In this document: piece after piece, positions 15,945 through 19,677 of the stretch
Numbering within the stretch: position 1 is the stretch's first letter
Layout: each line of letters begins with the position of its first letter
DNA from: Nitrospirota bacterium
GTDB taxonomy: Bacteria > Nitrospirota > UBA9217
Assembly (NCBI GenBank): GCA_963741205.1
Contig: CAVUHW010000041.1
Coordinates: forward strand, 1 to 19,677
DNA: 19,677 bases
Direction of reading: 5' to 3'
Translations under genes and position numbers: made by a program
The notes under the pieces: model-generated
Told to the model about the DNA's origin: nothing
The model's input: only the letters and a program-made list of their open reading frames with translations
Databases searched by the model: none

Positions 15945-17299
15945 ATGAGATCAAAATCTCTTTTCTCGATCGCATGCGTGCTCATGTTCGGTCTTTTTCC
16001 TGCCGCGGCTTTTGCCGAGGACCAGAACGAGCGATTGAACAAGCTCGAAGAATCGATGAAGAATCAGCAGCAAACCATCGAACAGCAGCAAAAAACAATC
16101 GACACGCTCAAAGCGGAGGTAATCAAAAGGGCAATCAGTATTCTTCTCAATCGGCACAGCCCCCAACAGAGCGGAAAGCAAGCGGCTTGTTCGGCGGCAG
16201 CATGTTTACGAACCCCAATATCTCTGTTGTCCTCGACACCTTTTACTACGGATCGAATCTCACCAATGACGAGTTGGCGAATCGGGGCATCCCCGGTTTT
16301 ACCGCCGAACCCCTGGACCAGAAAAAGGGATTCAATCTCGATTCCGTGGAGCTTTTTATTTTTTCCCCGGTCGATCCCTATTTGAATCTCTACGCGAACA
16401 TCCCCGTATCGGAAGACGGGGATCGAGATCGAAGAGGCCTACGTCGTGACCACGGCGCTTCCGGCGGGCTGGCAGATCAAGGGCGGCAAGTTTAAAAGCA
16501 ATTTCAGCCGTCTCGACGCGCAGCATCCCCATGCCTGGGATTTCTGGGACATTGCTCTTCCCTATCGGGCATTTCTGGGCAACGAAGGTCTGGGCGGAGA
16601 AAAAGGCGTTCAGCTGACCTATCTCCCCGCCTTGCCGTTCTATACGCTGATTCGGCGCTGAAGTTCTCCAGGGAGAGAACGACCGTCCTGTTCGGGGCAA
16701 GCGCGGAGGAAGAGCCGCACGCCTTTTCGTTCTTCGTGAAAGCTCCGTCGATACGAGCGACTACTCTACCCTCTATTTCGGTCCCTACGTGCTTTTCGGC
16801 AAGACAAACAATACGAACATCGTTCCCGGACGCGGAGGTCAAGGGAGACAGCGCCCTGTACGGTATGGAAGCAGTGTGGAAATGGAAGCCGACCAACCAA
16901 GAGGCATTGACGATCCAGAGCGAATATCTGTTTCTCACCAGTCAGGGAACGCTACACGACGGACCCCGCCGACCTGCGGTCATCGATCTCGAGCTGAGGC
17001 GCAAACAGGACGGGTTCTATGTCCAGGGAATTTACCGAAAAAACCGATGGGGGATCGGCGCACGGTATGACGTGCTGAACATCTTTCCCGATACCTTCAA
17101 GCTGGCGGACGTGCAGCAAAGACTTCGGGGCAAGCCCTGGCGCGAGACGGCCAGCCTTGAGTACAACCCGAGCGAGTTCACCCGCATAAGACTGCAACTC
17201 ACCCACGACAAGTCTGATACCCTGACAGAACGGACGAACGACGAGGCGATATTGCAGTTTAATTTCACCATCGGCGCGCACCCGGCGCATTCGTTTTAG
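15945..17299 (+). CDS. zinc-uptake-associated outer-membrane beta-barrel protein; several frameshifts
   Basis: Signal peptide plus coiled coil; NPNISVVLD, VDPY, GGKFKSNFSRLDAQHPHAWDF, YNPSEFTRIRLQ, C-terminal IGAHPAHSF. Confidence 0.75.
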
Positions 17300-17309
17300 G
17301 AGGAGTGAA

Positions 17310-18194
17310 ATGAGAAAAACAATCTATTACAATGCTCTTGTCGCTCATCGTTGCGACGCCCGCCTTTGCGGCCTTAAACGTCGTCGCCACGCTTCCCTGG
17401 ATCGGAAGCCTGGCAAAAGAGATCGGCAAGGACAAGATCAACGTGACGGTCCTCGTGAAGCCGGGCCAGGACGCCCACTTTCTCGAAGCGAAACCGAGCA
17501 TGATACTGGCCGCGCGGAAAGCCGACATCATCATGTATGACGGCCTCGACCTGGAGATCGGCTATTTGCCGCTCATCATCGAATCGTCGAAGAACCCGAA
17601 ACTCATGCCCGGTCAGATCGGCAATTTCGACTGTTCCCAGTTTGTCACGGTCGTTGAAAAGCCGACGACCGTGGACAGGAGCATGGGAGACGTGCATCCG
17701 CTCGGCAACCCCCATTATCATTTTTCTCCGTCAAAAGTGCTCCGCGTTGCCGAAGGGATGGCCCGGCTTCTCGCTGAAGCGGACAAGGCCAATGCCGATT
17801 TTTACCTGGCGAATTATAAAGCTTTTGCCGAACGGGTGAAAGAGAAGGAAAAGCAGTGGCACGCGGTTCCGCTCAAGGGGAAAAAATACATCGCCTACCA
17901 CAAGTACTTCGAGTATCTCGCGCCTGAATTCGGCATTCAGATCATCGGATACATGGAACCGAAGCCCGGCATACCGCCTTCAGCCGCGCATATCGAAGAG
18001 CTTATCAGAGATCATGAAAAAGAACAAGCCTGACTGCATTCTCATCACGCCGGCTCTACGGCCTGCAGGAAGCGGAATCGCTGTCGGCAAAAACCGGCGT
18101 AAAGGTCATCGTCCTGCCCCACGATGTCGGCTCCTTGCCCGGCACGGACGATTTGATTTCCTTCTGGGACAAGGTTATTTCATTGCTCAAGTAG
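17310..18194 (+). CDS. metal (Zn/Mn) ABC transporter substrate-binding protein, ZnuA/TroA family; frameshifts at both ends
   Basis: VVATLP, GQDAHFLEAKPS, GLDLEIG, GDVHPLGNPHYH, YHKYFEY, EPKPGIPPSAAH. Confidence 0.88.
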
Positions 18195-18254
18195 CTGACG
18201 GAAAACAGTTTGCCCGTTCTGTAGAAAAAACGGGCAGCTTATCAAACTATCGTT

Positions 18255-19078
18255 ATGGAGATCATGGAAGCGCTTAATTTTCTTTTGTATCCTTTTCTGG
18301 CCTGTCTCCTGCTTATCGTGATCCACGCCTATTTCGGCATCCACATCCTGCAGCGGGGGATAATCTTCGTCGACCTGGCCCTGGCCCAGTTCATCGGCAT
18401 AGGCCTTGCGCTCTCGTTTCTTCTGGGGGGAGAGCGGCATGTTCTTCTTTCCCTGGTCTTTGCCATGATCGGAGCGTTGATCCTCGCGGTTTCAAAAAGG
18501 GCCGCAAAATACGTGAACATCGAGGCGTTTATCGGGGTCCTCTATATATTTTCCGTGTCCGCGGCCATCCTGATCCTCGACAGAAGCCCGCACGGGCTGG
18601 AGGAGTTCAAGACCATCATCAACGGTAACATCATCTGGGTCACTCCCGGGGATATCCTCTCGACGTTCATCGTGTACGGGCTGGTCGGCCTGCTTCATTT
18701 ATTTTATGGAAAAAGTTTTTCGCACTCTCCTTTGAGGGAAAGGGCGGTTTCTGGCTCGAATTCCTCTTTTTCGCGAGCTTTGCCGTCGTGCTCGTGAAAT
18801 CGGTGAAGATGGCCGGGAATCCTCCAGGTGTTCTCCTTCCTGGTGATCCCGGCGCTTGATCGGCAGGCTTTTTTCCGGTAATCCCTTAAGGGTGCTCATG
18901 ATCGGCTGGCTCGCTCGGCGTCCTCGTCAGCATAGGGGGGATTTTCCTCTCCTACAAGTTCGATGTTCCGACTGCGCCGGTCATCGTCGTCTCCCTGAGC
19001 ATTATCTTTTTCGTCTTTCTCGGGGCTCGGGCCTGGATCAAATGGAATAGGGATATTCGGAAGAGGGTACCAAAGTAA
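18255..19078 (+). CDS. metal ABC transporter permease, ZnuB/ABC-3 family; frameshifted 3' half
   Basis: HAYFGIHILQRGIIFVDLALAQ; multiple TM helices; VFSFLVIPA; DVPTAPVIV. Confidence 0.85.
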
Positions 19079-19137
19079 TTTATGATTGCTTAACTTCAAT
19101 GCCATATTCGCAAAGAAAGCCAATGGTGAAAAGAACG

Positions 19138-19677
19138 ATGAAAATATTGATGGCGATAGCAATTGCGTTTGCTCTTGTTGCATGCGGCGCCACAGCCAAA
19201 GTAATAACGAGGATGAGCCAAAGCGAGAGAACCGATGTGTTCACTGAAGTGTCGGGAGAAGGGCCAATACCAGAGGGGTATGCTGATATCGTCATCAGAG
19301 CGTCTCTCAAGACGCCGCTAGAGGGGCATTACCCTCTTGAAGCGAAAAGGTCCTCAAGCGGCAAGCCTGAATACCCTTTCCTGTTAAACATAGACGGACA
19401 GGCGGCTCAATGGAAAGTGAAAGGACTAATACATCAACTCCCAGAGAATGTTAACGATAAAACAAACCTCGATCCAGAGGCAGGCGAAGGAATGAGATAC
19501 ATGCTTGAAAAGAAAGTCCGCGTTGCCGCAGGTGCACACAAGGTGTTTTTCGGGCTGCTAGGAGAACCACATTATGCAACAACGGAGATTCGTACGGAGA
19601 GCGGTGAATCATATATACTAGAGTTCAAACCACAATATCGGCATAAAACAATACCAACACGAATTCCCACATTCTTA
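19138..19677 (+). CDS. hypothetical lipoprotein, runs off the window
   Basis: MKILMAIAIAFALVACG lipobox; open frame to the window end (SERTDVF...YPFLLNIDGQ...DPEAGEGMRY). Confidence 0.75.
   Translation, partial: MKILMAIAIAFALVACGATAKVITRMSQSERTDVFTEVSGEGPIPEGYADIVIRASLKTPLEGHYPLEAKRSSSGKPEYPFLLNIDGQAAQWKVKGLIHQLPENVNDKTNLDPEAGEGMRYMLEKKVRVAAGAHKVFFGLLGEPHYATTEIRTESGESYILEFKPQYRHKTIPTRIPTFL

Overview
Accessory-gene region from a bacterium with Desulfobacterota/Nitrospirota-like gene content (inferred). The sequence has many single-base frameshifts that may be long-read errors. The first ~15.4 kb is punctuated by 11 same-orientation, intergenic copies of an unrecognised ~95-bp bipartite repeat. 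Its consensus is roughly G(A/T)A-N3-TTCnnCG-N7-CATCCTG(A/T)AG...CTTC(A/C)TGTCGAATTTGTTAA, and the second box starts 42-44 bp after the C of CATCCT. The copies bracket modules of 0-2 unrelated genes: a NarL-type receiver, an SMP-30/SGL propeller, a CAP protein plus orphan MazE, a GNAT, lipoproteins, an InsA-like Zn ribbon plus HU, and MscL plus OmpA. Several modules carry decayed integron attC sites. The last copy is split at its CATCCT|G core by a complete IS110/IS1111-family element (13754-15369). This IS has a duplicated CT core, a sigma70 promoter predicted at the circle junction, and a readable bridge-RNA-like 3' non-coding region whose guides match both the repeat core and the IS ends. 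The window ends with a zinc/metal uptake operon (His-rich small protein, outer-membrane protein, binding protein, permease) and a partial lipoprotein.
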